64,000 nucleotides of DNA from Amoebidium appalachense (taxonomy: Eukaryota > Protista > Ichthyosporea). The notes under the pieces were generated by a model. The model did not search any database, was not told where the DNA came from, and saw nothing but the letters and a program-made list of their open reading frames with translations. Positions 53,177 through 64,000 of this stretch are shown piece after piece. The position numbers and the translations under genes are program-made. The stretch is taken from positions 6,340,907 through 6,404,906 of the forward strand of contig CAVNZM010000001.1 in NCBI GenBank assembly GCA_963693365.1, in the 5' to 3' direction. Numbering within the stretch: the stretch's first letter is position 1; the number at the start of each line of letters is the position of its first letter.

Positions 53177-54094
53177 ACACACACACACACAGTGCCACAC
53201 ACACACACGCGCGCACCGTGACACATACACCGTGCGCGCGCACACATGTAACACACAGAATGTGGCCCACCAAACACACACATACATACACACACAATTG
53301 TGCCACGTGGCCATGTCATTGATAACACACATTGTGCCATATATTACACACACACGCACACACGTGTGGCCACGGACAAATTTAAACGCAGACGTGGCAC
53401 ATCCTCACACCAAAGGATATGGCCCGGCCACCCGCCACCCACCCCACCGCCATATACACACTCGTGAAACGCCGCGGATCCGCGAAGTACGTAGTGCCCA
53501 CATATATACCATATCGACAGAAGTCACTGTGCTCTGTACACAAACCATGCATCTCTCGGCATGAATTCCATTGTGTATGACAGATAAGAAATTAGAACCA
53601 GAATACTTTTCTTAGAACACACCACACGAGGCACTGGTTGTTAACTTTTGAAATAAGACAAATTAAAACAAAATCAACAAACCGTTAGATATTCGAAACA
53701 CACCGAGTCCGTTGGGTAACTATTTCATTTTTCTTTCGACTCCATCCACTTGACAGTCATATCAAATGCAACTCCACAGCTAGTGCACCATGCTGTAATA
53801 AATTGTGCAGGGCGATCGTGCCTGTCCTTCTTCGAATATATCGTTCCACCCTCCAGAGGGTGTCTCTATTTCTGCCCACTCTCCTTGAGGCTCCCCTTCG
53901 GAACCCCCTGGCCGTATACAATCAGGACAAAAGACACATCTATATACACCGGTGTGCTTGTAGGGGGTCAATAAAATTCAAACTAAACACTCCTTAAAAA
54001 CAGCAAAAATAAAGCAGGGGGAGAGATAATGTATATGGCTAGCAACCCCCCCCCCCCCCCCAAAAAAAAAAAAAACCCGGCCCACGAGCAGATA

Positions 54095-55186
54095 TTAGTT
54101 CTTTGCCTTCTTTGCTGCCCGTGCCGGGGTGACCTTTGGTGGCGGCCGCTTAACAGGCCCCTTTGCCTCTGTGCCAGTGCTCTCCTTCTTGGCACCTGCC
54201 GTATTTGGCTTATCAGCCCCAGCCATCTTTACCCCTCTCTTGGCTGGCGCGGTTTTTGGCATGGCGGCCTCCTCCTTCTTTGCCGGCGCCTTTGGTTTCT
54301 CTTCCGTCTTGCTCGCAGCAGGCTCTTCCGGCTGTTTCTTTGCTTGTGCCTTGGGCGTAGCAGCAGCCTTGGCTCCCTTCTTGCCCGTTTCTTTTGCTGG
54401 TGCCGGTGTCGCCACCTGTTCCTTTTCAGCGGTTGGCTGTGCCTCCTTCTGTGCTGCAGCTTTCTTTGCAGGGGTGGGTTTGGCCTTGGGCTCGGGCTGA
54501 GCCGGTGCCTCTTCGGGCACACTCTTTGCACCCTTCTTCCCCTTGGTTGCAGTGCCCTTTTTGCTTGCTGCCTCCTTCACCTTGGCTTCTGCCTCCTTGG
54601 CTTTGGCTTCCTCCTCCTTGGCTTTTGCTGCTGCACCCACCTGTGTGTGTGTGTGTGTGTGTATTGGGGGGGGGGGAGAGAGGGAGGGTTGTGTGGTGTG
54701 TGTGGGGGGAGGGAGGGGGAGGAGGGGGAGGGGGGGGGGGGGGAGAGGGCTGAACAAAGGGGAGACGGAAACGGGGCGCAAGGAGGGAGAGAGTGGGGGA
54801 TTAGACAGGTTAAAAAATTTACCGACTCTCAGAAAGGTGTCAAACACACTCGAGACAGAGCTGTTTTGAATGGTAAAAGGTGCAGGAGACGATGGTTGTC
54901 TCGTCGTAAAAGCTTTCCCCCTCTCCCCGGGGGGGTTTGTCACGTTCAATGGACGTAAGTAAGTACAAAATATTTTTGTACGGGTGTGTGGCTGCATGGC
55001 TAATTGGCAGGCAAGTGCCAAGTTCAGAAGCAGAAGAAGTGGGATTGAGATTTATTGGCAGAAACAGAGGAACAGGTTCTGTGAATTTACGTGTGTGCAG
55101 TGTGTCTGTCTCTTGTCTCTGCCTCTGGCTCTCACTCTCACTCTCTGCGTGTGTGTGTTTGTGTATTTCCTTTTTCCTGTTTTTTT

Positions 55187-55246
<60 letters not shown>

Positions 55247-55437
55247 CGAATGATGCGGTGCACAGTACGAGGATTCACAGTGAAAAACACGACACCGGAC
55301 ATGGATAGTATGCCAAAAAGCACAGATGTAGAGAAACCACCCAATACAAACTGAGCCTGATCCATCCGCACCATGCAGCTTTTGTTTAGCCCATTCTTTC
55401 CTGGTCTTCTCTGGTGGAAAGGGTGAGGCGGCGAGGG

Positions 55438-55473
<36 letters not shown>

Positions 55474-55779
55474 TTGCAGGGACAACTCACATAGCCCGGA
55501 AATTCGTAATCAATGCCCATCTCCTGCAGTTTTTGCCTCTTTTTGCTCTCTTTCTGCACAAGTTTCGTTGCCAACTTCTTCTTCTGCTCCTCCGTGCGTT
55601 CCTGAAAGGGAGTGCACGTAAGCAGCCAATCACAGAAAGGCGTTCTGTATACCCGTGTATATTTGTCTCTGTATGTAAATCCCAATCAAGGGTGTACGTG
55701 TGTGGTGGCATGCCAGCGAGGAGAGGGGATGTGGTATGAACATTGGGAAAAATAATTTGTGCCTCACACCACTCTCTCG

Positions 55780-55810
<31 letters not shown>

Positions 55811-55869
55811 TGTCCCTCATCTTCCTCCCCAAAAAGAAAATCAACCAAGGATACAAACAAACAAACAAA

Positions 55870-55908
<39 letters not shown>

Positions 55909-56940
55909 CAATCATCCCCCCCCTCCCCGGGGGAAAAAGACTATCGAAATTGAAACGCGGAGTCCGAAAACGCTCAAGGCGATGTGTATTTTTTTCTGTA
56001 TAAAGAGGGGGGTGCAGTACTATGTAGGTAAGGAGACCTTTCTTCCCTGGCTTCATGAACTGAACAATCGGAAACGCTTTACAACACACATATGGCTTCC
56101 CCATGAAGAGAGCTTTGGGAGATTCAAGGAAGGAGAGAGGAGGGAGGGGGCAGAATGCGTCAGAGTACAAAGTACACGTTCACGATGAACAGCAACAATA
56201 CAGAAGGCAAAGCACACATGTCCTTGGGTGGTGGTGGTGGTTTTTTTTTGTTGGGGGGGGGGGGGGGGGGGCTAGTGGGATTACCTTGTTGTGCCTCTTC
56301 CTCTCGAAGCTGCGCCAGTCTATGCGCTGGAACTTCTTGTTTGCATTCTTGAACGTGTCCGGGTGCAGCGTGTTGAACGGCTTGAACTGGCCTACACACC
56401 GGCACAACCAAAATCAATAATGTATCCCTCCCCTCTCCCCCCCCCCCCCCCCCCCCCCCACACACACCCCACCACAGACACTCGCATTAACACACCCCAC
56501 TCCCTTCTCCACCCCACAACCCCAGCTGCCATGGTCTTCCGCTCGTGCCACTCCTTTTTCATTGGCCATACCCTCTTTACTCGACCTCCCCCCCCCCCCC
56601 CCCCCCCAAAAAAAAAAAAAAAAACCTGGAAAAAAACCCAAGGGAGGGGAAAGGGGTGGGGCGAGGGGACCTAGGTACGTCTACACGGGTGCACTATGTG
56701 CTATACAGTACGAAGTACACTTTCACAACGAACAACACAAAGAGGAGGGAGAGGATGGGAGGGGAAGGGGGGGGGGGGATGCAACAGGAATACGACATAC
56801 ATTTGAGAAGGCGGTTGTGCATGAGGTAGTTGTTCATCGTCTCGGCCACCACCTGGGCTACCTCTGGGTGCTCAAACTCAACAAACGCCCATCCACGTGA
56901 CGCATGCGTCTTTTTGCTGCGAGATAGATAGATCCGTGTA

Positions 56941-56995
<55 letters not shown>

Positions 56996-57629
56996 TGTGT
57001 GTGTGTGTGTGCGCGCGACCAGTGATCTGTGCGTGGAGGGATGCATTCGAGTGGGGAAAATGGGAGACGAAATTAGACTAAGCGTAGCATATCACGATAC
57101 CAGACAACAGGTATGGTTAGGAGGAAAATAGAACAGAGAAGAAGGAAAAGAGGGGGGGGGGGGGGGATCAAAACACACCAAAAAGCTCTGTGGCTCGTCG
57201 AAATGCCCACCCGCACATGTCATTGTGTGTGCGTGTGTGTGTGCGTGCGCGTGTGTAAGGGGAGGGGGGGGGGGGGGGGAGGGGGTTTTGAATGCGTCAA
57301 AAAGTAGGGGGGGGGGGGGGGGGGGGAGGGGAGGTCCCAATGTCACAGGTACGAAGCACACGTTCACGACGGGGGCAAGATGGGTGTGTGTGTGTGTGTT
57401 TAAGGGGGGGGGAGGGGAGGGGGGGGCATATGGTGCATTGGGCATGTGCGACATGTGTGTATGCATGAGCATGCATATGGTGTGGTGGTGTTGTTAAGGG
57501 CAGATAGCATTATTCAAGAAAACTGCCAGCAGAGAATGTTACGTCACCGTAACATAGGTCCATGGAGAGAAACGGAAGAATAGGAGGGAAGAAGGAGGAG
57601 CGCACTTTGTGTGTGTGTGTGAGTGTGTG

Positions 57630-57662
<33 letters not shown>

Positions 57663-59875
57663 GGGGGTGGCATATTCGAGGGATGAACAGATTTGATGGA
57701 GGCACTTTTTTGTATGTTCGCGGGCATTCAACACGACAACGGCAGGGTTACGTACCGTCCCGAACTGGCTAAAGAACTTCTTCAGCTGGTCCTCGAAAAA
57801 CCCGTAGGGCAGGTTGCCAAGGTAGACTACGCCTCGATCCTCGCTTGTCTTTCTCTGTGTGAGAAAAAGGTTAGAAAGGCATGTAAACTCAACATGCACA
57901 GCATAACGGAGAAGAGCGAGAGGGGGAGCTAGTGTAGGTAGAGCCCATCCTTTGGGGGGAGGGGGGGGGGGGGGAGGCAAAGGAGGAGAAGGGGGGGGGG
58001 GGGGGGTGGGTGGGGGGTGGGTGGGGGGGGGGGGGAGGAGGGGGGCAAGGTTACGAGGGGCAGTGGGTCGAGGAGACAGAATACACAAGAGACAGAGTAC
58101 ACAAAAGTAGGAGCTGAACGGGAGGGAATATGCATAATATGGAAGGGGTAGAGGAAAACGGGGTGTATCAGAGGAAATGGTGGGAAAAGAAGCGGGGGGG
58201 GGGGGGGGGGGGGGGGGGGGAGTAGGTTGCTAACCATTTCAGCCCCCCCACTCACTACCTCACCTCCCCTCCCCCCTCCCAAACATTCATTTTTTTAAAA
58301 AAAACAAAAACACCCACATTAAGCATACACAAACCCAAGCATACAAAAAAATGCACCGCATTATCAAAGGCAGGCAAGCACGTTCATAGCAAACCCTCTG
58401 TGTCCCCACACAAGCACCAAACACACCCCTCCGGTTGCTCTCTGCTACTCGTTGATTATGCTGCACCTCAAAACCACTGCCTTCCACTTCCGCCACTTGA
58501 GCCCCCTCCCCTCCCCCCCGGCCCTCTCGCACACACACGCCTACCCCTCCCCCCCCAGCACAACCCCCTCCCCCCTCCCCCCCCCCCTCTCCCCCTCCCC
58601 AAACCCGGTCTTCCTTCTGCGTCTTCGACTTGCCACAAACACAGACACAGAGCAGCCAACGCTTTCTGCAAGATCTAACAGCCACATCAAAAAATACGGA
58701 AAGTCGACTTCCGTTCGTCTCCTCAAAACTCCTCCACACCATAGTGCCCCCCTCCCTCCCCCCCCCCCGGGCCCTTTTCCCCGTCAACTCTGGGCCTCCG
58801 GTCTAAAATCCCATCATTTCCCAAAAACAAGGTCATTTCCTTTCCACCCCAACGGCAGAAAGGCACAGAGGATGTGGGTGCAACACAAGAGAGCACGTGA
58901 TCCAGACACTTGGGAATGGGTGGGCTCGCTATGAAAGCCAAGGGGGGGGGGGGGGGGGGGGGAGGAAGAAAGGCACGACCGTGTGTGGTGTGTGTGTGTA
59001 TGTGTGTGTGTGTGTGTGTTTGTGTGGCGCGCGTGAAAGTGAGTGAGTGAGTGTGTGTGTATGTGTGTGTGCATGTGTTTGCACCCACCCTATTCTTCTT
59101 GGCCTGGCCAATCTTCTTCATCATTTTGTCCGCAGTGGCCACGTCCACACTCATCTCCTTCCTGTCCTCCTCAGCAACCTCCCCCTCCCCTTCACTTTCC
59201 TCATCTTCACTGTCATCATCCTCACTCTCCTCGACAGGCTCCTCTACCTTTTCTTCCTTCACTTCAAGATCCTCTGCTGGGGGCTCCTCCGCCACCTTCT
59301 TTGTGGGTTTACCTAAAACAACAAAAAGAAAATCAGTTGGGGTAGGGTAGTGCTAAACCTAAAGTTAAGGGGATGGTATGGGATTGTGGGTGGAAGCTGC
59401 TAATAACCTGAGCCCATAAGTGAGGGGACGAGACTAAGAGGTGGTGGGGGGATGCGGGGGAAGGTAGGGGGTGAAAGAGAGAGGGAAAACGTGAGCCAGA
59501 GGAAAGGGGGGGGGGGGGGGGGTAACACTTCGAAAGGACACACTTGATGCCTACCCTAATAAGGCCTGCAAAATGAACTGGTTGTTACTGTATTATACCC
59601 CCTTTACTGTCCAACGCAAAACCCCCATGTCCTTGCAGCCAAGACAATCCCTCCACCCCCCCCTCCCCCCCCCCCCCCCCCCCCTCCCCTCGGGGCCCCC
59701 AAAATCACAAAACGCCGGTATTCATGTTTTGATGTAACTCGTTGTGTCCACGGTCTCGGTGCCCGAAGGTCCAGTGCTATTCTGCTATAATTCCCGTCAC
59801 TGAACCAGTCACGTAAACTGTGTCCCGTTTAATGAGCACACGCACGTAGACTCTAAACTGTAAACCTCCGCCCAT
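54095..59875 (-). CDS. NIFK: Nucleolar RRM protein of the NIFK (MKI67IP)/Nop15 family, 60S biogenesis factor; 7 exons
   Basis: An acidic N-terminus (59312-59089) is followed by [26 protein letters not shown]|[47 protein letters not shown]|CQF...LHP...|...[18 protein letters not shown], the hallmark NIFK/Nop15 sequence. The last exon (54640-54095) is K/A/P-rich. The first 10-nt exon (59875-59866) is tentative. Confidence 0.9.
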
Positions 59876-60379
59876 CTTTGAACTGCTTTCCTTCAATCAC
59901 TCCATTTTAATTTAACAACGGAATAACAAGCAACCCAACGCTGCCAAAATCCCCAACGGATCAGTGGTGCTCTCACCTCTCTTGGGTGGCATTCTGCTTG
60001 TTTTCTAAAAACGCCGGGACAGTGTCTCTCACAACGACTATGTAAAACTGGTTTCAAGTTCGGGGCAAAACTGTCTGTGTGCTCTGTGTGGTGTGCACGT
60101 GTATGATTCCAATGCCCGCGCTCGTTAGCCATCCCGGGGATTATAAAGACACTTTTACCGCTCTTCCATTTCAAACGTGTGTAAGCGATTATTGTTGGAA
60201 CCGGTTATTGCTAATATAGCCAGTTGATATTGATCCAATCACTTGCGAGAATGTGATTGTGTCGTTAGCACATGTACACGTGAAGTCCTTCAGTGCCGAA
60301 GCCCACACATACAAGGCGCACTTCACAAGGTCCAAAATCTCACTCAGATCTTCACAACTCATTCGTTGCAAACAACACC
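59876..60379. promoter_or_regulatory. Putative bidirectional promoter between NIFK and the PA2G4-like gene, with two CACGTG E-boxes
   Basis: About 500 bp of repeat-free sequence lies between the divergent ATGs, with CACGTG at 60096-60101 and 60277-60282. Confidence 0.55.
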
Positions 60380-60868
60380 ATGTCTGTCACAAAAGTTGTA
60401 GAAGGCCCGGCTGCTCTTTCAGCCGATGATGTTACGCAGTTCCACGTTGCGTCTGACATAGTAAACAGGACCCTTCAGAAGATCATCAACGAGTGTGTGG
60501 CAGGGAAGAGGGCGGTTGAGTTGTGCGAGGGGGGTGACCAGTGTTTGAGGGAGGAGGTAGGTGTCGAACGAGAACTGGGATTGAGACGCATGCATGTTTC
60601 AAGTGCAAAAATAGGGAGAACAAAAAGCACAAAGGGCGCGAATGTTTACGAGCACGAGAGCATAGCACTCACAAACATGCGCGCTTGCACGTGCACACGT
60701 AGGCACGCACACGAACAAGCCCCACACGCACAGACACACACCCACGCACTCACCCATACAAGCACGCAGACGCATTAACTCATTTACTCCTCCGTGACAC
60801 ACACAGTCACGCACGCACACACGCGGGCGCACGCACACGCACACACATACACACAGGCACAGGCACAG

Positions 60869-60916
<48 letters not shown>

Positions 60917-62985
60917 CACTCACGCCCTTACATACACGCACAACACACACAGGCAAACACACAGCTAAATGCTCACGCCAGCATTAATGCGCCAAACGGG
61001 CGTACTTGTTGTCCTGCACGAATATTTGCCTGCAGAGTTGCACACGACACTCGCAGAGCACACAGGCATGCTCACAAATGCTCTCACATACGAGCACAAT
61101 ACTGTGCCTCATAACGCACACATACACACACACTCTCTCTTTCTACTTCCACGCATACAGAGGTACTCCAACTTCTCTCACATCTGCTTTTTGTTGACCC
61201 TATCCCTTTCCGTTTGTGGTACGAAAAAAGATCACACGTGGGCATCTGTGTTCTTTTATGGTTCCCCCCGGTCTCCTCCTCTCCCCCCACTCCCCCCCCC
61301 CCCCCCCCCCCCGCCCACACACACTCTCCCTCTTTCCCACCCTTCCCCTGGTCGTCTCTCTTGGTGTGTTATCGTCCTTCCCCCCTTGATCTTCTGCTTG
61401 TGTCGCAGCTACCCTCAAGGGAGAAGAGCAAGAAAGAGGACAGAGTACTGGTTGGAAGAGAATCTGAAGGGGGTGGGGTGGGGAAGGAGAAGCAGGACAG
61501 GTTGCTTAGATCGTTCTTCTATTCGCTCTCTTCCTCCCTTGTAAACTAGGCAGGTGTTTTGTCCACGTATTTGTCCTTTTCTCTCACACACGACTCGTGG
61601 CCTTGTCATCTTCCTTCCTCTGTCCTGTCTAAGACTTCCCCCCTTGCAAGCTTATCCCGTCAACCCTCCCTCCCTCCCTCCCCCCCCTGCCCCCTCAACA
61701 CACACACACACACACCACCCTCTCTTCCTCCGTAACCCCCCTTTCCCACTTTCTCTCCCCCTAGCATTTGCGAAACCCCGGTCAATGCCCGTTTTATTGC
61801 TGTAACACCCCCCCAACACCCCCCCCCCCCCCAAAAAAAAAAACCCTCGTCCGCCCCCCCACCCGCTGGGTTGCCACCTACGGTCACCTACCCTTACGTT
61901 CTGCCCTCCTTGTCCTCTACCTTACCCTCCGTTCCCTTTGTTTTCCCCCTCCAGCTTGCCGCTGTTTTCAAGGCCAAAAACGTCGAGAAGGGCATTGCGT
62001 TCCCCACGTGTGTTTCGATCAACAACTGTGTGTCGAACTACTCCCCCCTATCCACCGATGGCTTGGTGCTGTCTGTCGGTGACGTTGTCAAGATGTAAGA
62101 GCACTTGTGTCTGGGTGTGCCTTTTTTTTTTTTCTTTGGGGGGGAGGGGAGGGATGGCGGGGGAGGCGGGGAGGGGGTGACTGGGAGGACGGGGGTAGGG
62201 GAGCTGGAGGTAGAGAATAGGAGGGCAGTGTGGATGGGTGGGCGTGGGGTCGGGGACGGGGACGGGGTGGGGGGGGGAAGGGGGGGGGAGAGAGAGGTGA
62301 CGTGTGGACGTGTCTTAAGGGGTAGGAGTGTATGTCACGGAAGAAGGCAAAAGCTGGGAAGGTTGGATGTCTGGGCTGTGGTGGCTTTTGAGGTGAACGA
62401 GGGTGGATTCCGGAAAGGGGGGGGGGGGGGGGGTGAGGGGGAGGAGGGGCATGTGAATGTGAGAGGACATAAGGAGAGAGGAGGGTGGGGGGTTGATGGT
62501 GGTGGTGGTGGTTGGGGGCGGCGGGGGGACGTGTGTCTGAGGGGATTTGGGAAGAGGGGTGGTGGTGGTGATGGGTGAGGGGCATTGTCATTTGAGAGGA
62601 TTTGGGGAGAGGGGGAGGGATTTGGAAGGGTGAGGGGGGGGGGGGGGGGGGAGGAAGGGGGGGGGGGGGGGGGGGGGGCACAAGGAACATGTGAATGTGG
62701 AGAGGGTTTTGGGATAGGTGGGATAGGGGGAATGGGGTGGTTGTGTATGACGGAGGTAGGCATGATGGGTTTTCTTCGGGCATAGTAGTACGGGGAAGGT
62801 ACACACAGGGTAAAAAGAGCGACCAAATGTCTTTGGAGAGATTAGGGGGAAGGGGGGGTAACGAAACCTGAATCTGATTGGGCCAAACCCACCAATCAGT
62901 GAGCTTGGTGCGCACATCAATGGCCACATAGCCGTGGTTGGCCACACCCACGTGGTCAACCCCACAGCCGACCAGCCTCTCATTG
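60380..62985 (+). CDS. PA2G4: PA2G4/Ebp1 (Arx1-related) M24-fold ribosome-associated protein; 5' part only (exons 60380-60556, 61955-62094, 62900-62985), continuing beyond the window
   Basis: DVTQFHVASDIVNRTLQKIINECVAGKRAVELCEGGDQCLREE|LAAVFKAKNVEKGIAFPTCVSINNCVSNYSPL...LSVGDVVKI|ELGAHINGHIAVVGHTHVV. The KGIAFPTCxSxNNCVxxxSPL and GDxVKIxLGxHI motifs are typical of PA2G4/Arx1; exact orthology is unresolved. Confidence 0.8.
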
Positions 62986-63234
62986 GTACGCTTGCTCCCC
63001 CCTCCCCCCCCCTCCCCCCTCCCCCTCCCCTCCCCCTCCCCCCCCCCCCCCCCCCCCCCGGTGGATGACATGTGGATGGTTAGAGCCTCTCCCTCCCCCC
63101 CCCCCCCCCCCCCCCCCTTCCCCAACCCCCTTTCCCCCAGAAATGGGTCTGGTTATGATGCACACTCGTGTGTGCTTTGAAATGCATTGTGCTGTCCGCC
63201 GTGAGGCCATGTGTTTCTATACACGAGTTCTCGA

Positions 63235-63700
63235 TGACTAATTGACGGTTTTTATTTTTCACTTCGCTCTAAATTCACGGATTCTGAAAAAAGTAGGGTC
63301 TGCGGGATCGGCAGTCATAGCCAAAATCCACTTAAAGCATATAAAGTCCAAACTTTGAATAGAAAACAAGCTTTGGTCATTTAACAAATGTTTTGGCCAT
63401 ATGAGCGACACACATTATTTGTATAAACAACAGAGGGTGTCCGACACTTTTTTGTGGTCAAAACAGGCAAAAACGCCAATTTTGTATAGACGATGGTAAC
63501 AAAAAAATTGACAGTCGGCGGCCAAGTCAACCCAAATTTGACGGTTTTTGTTGATTTTGACGGTGAAGAAGGCGTTGGACCACCCCGACTTCCGATATCA
63601 AAATTGCTCGCTTTCTCATTTCCTACAGCTTTTCCTAACAGACGAAAACTCCTTTTCCAAGCAAAATCAGACGTAAACTGACTTAAGGCGGCCGCGCATA
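63235..63700. mobile_element. Possible degenerate DNA-transposon remnant in PA2G4 intron 3
   Basis: An AT-rich, microsatellite-free block with recurrent TTGACGGT(TTTT) motifs and GTCCAAACTTT/GGGTGTCCGACACTTTT motifs reminiscent of Tc1-type ends. No clear TIR pair was found. Confidence 0.25.
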
Positions 63701-64000
63701 GTACTTTAGCCCATCTGCGTCCTTAAAACGTTTGCAACCAATCAGATCATATCAGCGAACCATATATAGCTATTAGACACCCTTCGGAATTCAATCGCGA
63801 ACTAGTGTATATTGTGTAAAACATTCTGATCCCTCCCCCCCCGGCCCCTCTCCGCCCCTCCGGGCGCCATCGAATCGTTTGTTCCTAAGTGATGGCTTAA
63901 GTGACAAGAGTACTCCTACACACTTTGCCTCCCCTCCCCCCCTCCCCCCCTCCCCTTCTCCCCCCCTCCCCCCCCCCCCCCCCCCCCCCCCCCCGGATCT

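Noticed and set aside
56922-56933. AGATAGATAGAT 4-nt repeat in a NIFK exon as a third frameshifting duplication
   Set aside because: The frame is intact ([12 protein letters not shown]) and matches the family spacing.

Overview
This is intron-rich eukaryotic genomic DNA, most likely from a unicellular holozoan; that is inferred from a bona fide receptor tyrosine kinase with a non-animal ectodomain and an integrin-beta-like tail, and the species cannot be determined. Almost all ORFs in the supplied track are artefacts of (CA)n/(GT)n and poly-C/poly-G intronic tracts. Manual GT-AG exon assembly gives six genes: (1) a stand-alone PH-domain protein (+, 1060-3731); (2) a DUF2456-like multipass membrane protein (-, 5428-9092); (3) a 29-exon type I membrane adhesin (+, 11822-35766); (4) an 18-exon EGF/mucin-stalk receptor tyrosine kinase (-, 37785-49649); (5) a NIFK/Nop15 RRM protein (-, 54095-59875); and (6), head-to-head with it, a PA2G4/Ebp1/Arx1-family gene (+, from 60380, running off the window). 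The adhesin is the standout. It has a signal peptide, a MIDAS vWA domain with a Cys-rich insertion where integrin beta I domains carry their specificity loop, about 19 thrombospondin-1 repeats, a Gly/Ala-rich TM and an integrin-beta-like tail with two NPxY motifs 8 residues apart. It is therefore a TRAP/MIC2-like ectodomain joined to an integrin-beta-like tail, and it carries two separate 4-bp tandem duplications that frameshift it. The introns follow an unusual pattern, with (CA)n, poly-A or CCAATC directly before the acceptor AG instead of a pyrimidine tract. A TA-flanked MITE, a 65-bp minisatellite and a duplicated ~95-bp element are also present.
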